64,000 nucleotides of DNA from a virus: the IMG/VR virus record IMGVR_UViG_3300037089_000505, positions 64,001 through 128,000 of that record, one strand, 5' to 3'. Made by a program: the position numbers and the translations under genes. Below are positions 62,498 to 64,000 of this stretch, piece after piece. The notes under the pieces are model-generated. The model made no database searches. It was not told the DNA's origin and saw only the letters and a list, made by a program, of their open reading frames with translations. The stretch's first letter is position 1, and every line of letters begins with the position of its first letter.

Positions 62498-63406
62498 ATG
62501 TCGACTAATATACCTGTAATTAACGTCAAAGGAAAAACTTTACCTGAAGCTTATGAAAAAGCAATCATGGCTCTTTATGATAATGGTTGCCGTATGAAGA
62601 CTCAATATGATAATCCAGATTCGCCACCTTCAATAGATGCTACTGCCAACATCACAATTGAAGATCCCGAGGCTGAGCCCATGATTTATAAATTCTTTCC
62701 GGGCGGAATTGAAGACCTTCATGAATACGTGATTGAACTTCAGGGAGCTAAAAATCATTGGGTCAGGGCTATGGACGATCCAAATGACAAACGATGGGAA
62801 TATACTTACAATCAAAGGTTGACTAAGTGGGGCGAGTGGAAAGAAAAGTCGGGCCAGATGACGCCCACATATACTGCAAAAGCATTTGAACAAAATGGTC
62901 CAATTAATCAAATCAAGTTAGCTGTCAAGAAATTGATCGAAACGCCACATTCGCGAAGAGTTCAAGCAATCACTTGGATGCCTTTTATAGATAATGAAGT
63001 AAGTGATCCGCCATGTCTACAGTCGATGTGGTTTAGAATGCTCAAAGAAGATGATGTTTATTACCTTAACTCTAATATTCGATTTAGAAGTAATGACGCG
63101 TGGGGAGCTGCATTTCTAAACATGTTTGGTCTCACTATGTTCATTCGAAAGGAAGTAGCCAATCCAATTGCAGTTGGTCTAAACGCAACTGTAAAACTAG
63201 GAAGAATCAATTGGCAAGCTGATAGTTTTCACATATATGGAAAAGACATTAAAGGCGTAGAGCAAAAATTGCTTCCAAGACTCTCCCCCTATAGTTTTAA
63301 TGATAGAGTTTGGAACTTTAATGATCCTATAGTGCAAGATATCTGGAAAGACGCTAAAGATGAAGTTTTGAACAAAATAAAAGAATACGACAAAACTCAC
63401 CAATGA
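62498..63406 (+). CDS. thyA: Thymidylate synthase (ThyA family)
   Basis: YTYNQR, SRR, DPPCLQ, FRSNDAWGA..N and SFHIY motifs. Confidence 0.85.
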   Translation: MSTNIPVINVKGKTLPEAYEKAIMALYDNGCRMKTQYDNPDSPPSIDATANITIEDPEAEPMIYKFFPGGIEDLHEYVIELQGAKNHWVRAMDDPNDKRWEYTYNQRLTKWGEWKEKSGQMTPTYTAKAFEQNGPINQIKLAVKKLIETPHSRRVQAITWMPFIDNEVSDPPCLQSMWFRMLKEDDVYYLNSNIRFRSNDAWGAAFLNMFGLTMFIRKEVANPIAVGLNATVKLGRINWQADSFHIYGKDIKGVEQKLLPRLSPYSFNDRVWNFNDPIVQDIWKDAKDEVLNKIKEYDKTHQ

Positions 63407-64000
63407 CAGGAATTTATATACTAACAAACAAAATAAACAATAAAAAATACGTGGGACAAAGTGTAAATATAGACCTAAGAAATAAACGACACCATAAGGA
63501 CTCTATAATCGATCGGGCAGTCAGGAAGTATGGTCGCATTAATTTTTCAATAGAAAAATTTGCTTGCTCTGAAAATAACTTAGATTGGTTAGAAAAAGAG
63601 TGGATTAAATACTTAGATTGTTTAATACCAAAAGGCTATAATATTCTTGAGGGCGGCCAAAATAATAAACACCATCTTACAAAAAATCAGAAAGAAAATT
63701 TAAGCTTAAAATTAAAAGGCGTAAGAAAATCAGAAATTACTCGGCTGTCAATGAAAGAAAATCATGCCGATTTTTCGGGAGAGAAAAACCCTATGTTTGG
63801 TAAAAAACAATCTGAAAAAACAAAAAGTGAGATTAGAGAAAAGAACAAAGACAAAACTTTTTCTAATGAAGCTCTTTCAAAAATGAGCGTCTCTGCAAAA
63901 GTTCGGACCAAAAGATCTTCAAGAGATGAAAAAGGTAGATATTGCCAAAAGCCAATAGAAATTATAGCTAAAACACCAGGGGCCATTAGGAAGATTGAAT
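63403..64000 (+). CDS. GIY-YIG homing endonuclease with NUMOD3 repeats, 3'-partial
   Basis: MTGIYILTNKINNKKYVGQS...KYG..NF...E..WI...KGYN..EGG...GEKNPMFGKK; absent from the ORF track because it has no stop in the window. Confidence 0.9.
   Translation, partial: MTGIYILTNKINNKKYVGQSVNIDLRNKRHHKDSIIDRAVRKYGRINFSIEKFACSENNLDWLEKEWIKYLDCLIPKGYNILEGGQNNKHHLTKNQKENLSLKLKGVRKSEITRLSMKENHADFSGEKNPMFGKKQSEKTKSEIREKNKDKTFSNEALSKMSVSAKVRTKRSSRDEKGRYCQKPIEIIAKTPGAIRKIE

Noticed and set aside
62498-63406. dCMP hydroxymethylase, or thyA interrupted by the GIY-YIG gene
   Set aside because: The specificity residue after RSND is Asn (dUMP type) and all motifs through HIY are present; the endonuclease is free-standing. 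A dUMP-modifying role is not excluded.
1-64000. Stop-codon recoding (TAG/TGA read-through)
   Set aside because: Conserved enzymes are full-length in code 11, all three stops end genes ahead of SD/ATG starts, and no suppressor tRNA is seen.

Overview
A 64-kb segment of a large dsDNA (jumbo-type) phage genome. Genes are densely packed, almost all on the + strand, in standard code 11, and no structural genes are recognisable. The first ~11 kb is a run of secreted, lipoprotein and outer-membrane-type genes, which implies a diderm host (possibly a spirochaete; weak inference). The middle holds many small hypothetical genes plus DNA ligase, UDG, Thg1, PncB, NUDIX, RtcB and an ornithine-decarboxylase-like enzyme. 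It also holds an Rnl1-type RNA ligase fractured by a naturally split intein, with a Vsr/DUF559-type endonuclease between the halves. The right part has tmRNA, class II RNR, an HNH nuclease, six tRNAs (one with a 28-nt anticodon insertion), a BMP-family solute-binding protein, a kinase, thymidylate synthase and a GIY-YIG endonuclease. The most striking unannotated element is a classical ribosome-dependent attenuator at 56462-56587. Its leader peptide (...ATFQQTQTTDTV*) is built almost entirely from the codons read by the five phage tRNAs downstream (Thr UGU, Asp GUC, Thr GGU, Gln UUG, Gln CUG), which suggests tRNA-depletion-sensing control of phage replacement tRNAs. Two recurrent promoter-like motifs (WTCGA-N8-TANNNT and AAGATAA-N4-ATG), a candidate ~190-nt structured ncRNA and an iteron-like repeat are also visible. 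All protein calls come from motif recognition by eye; no searches were run.
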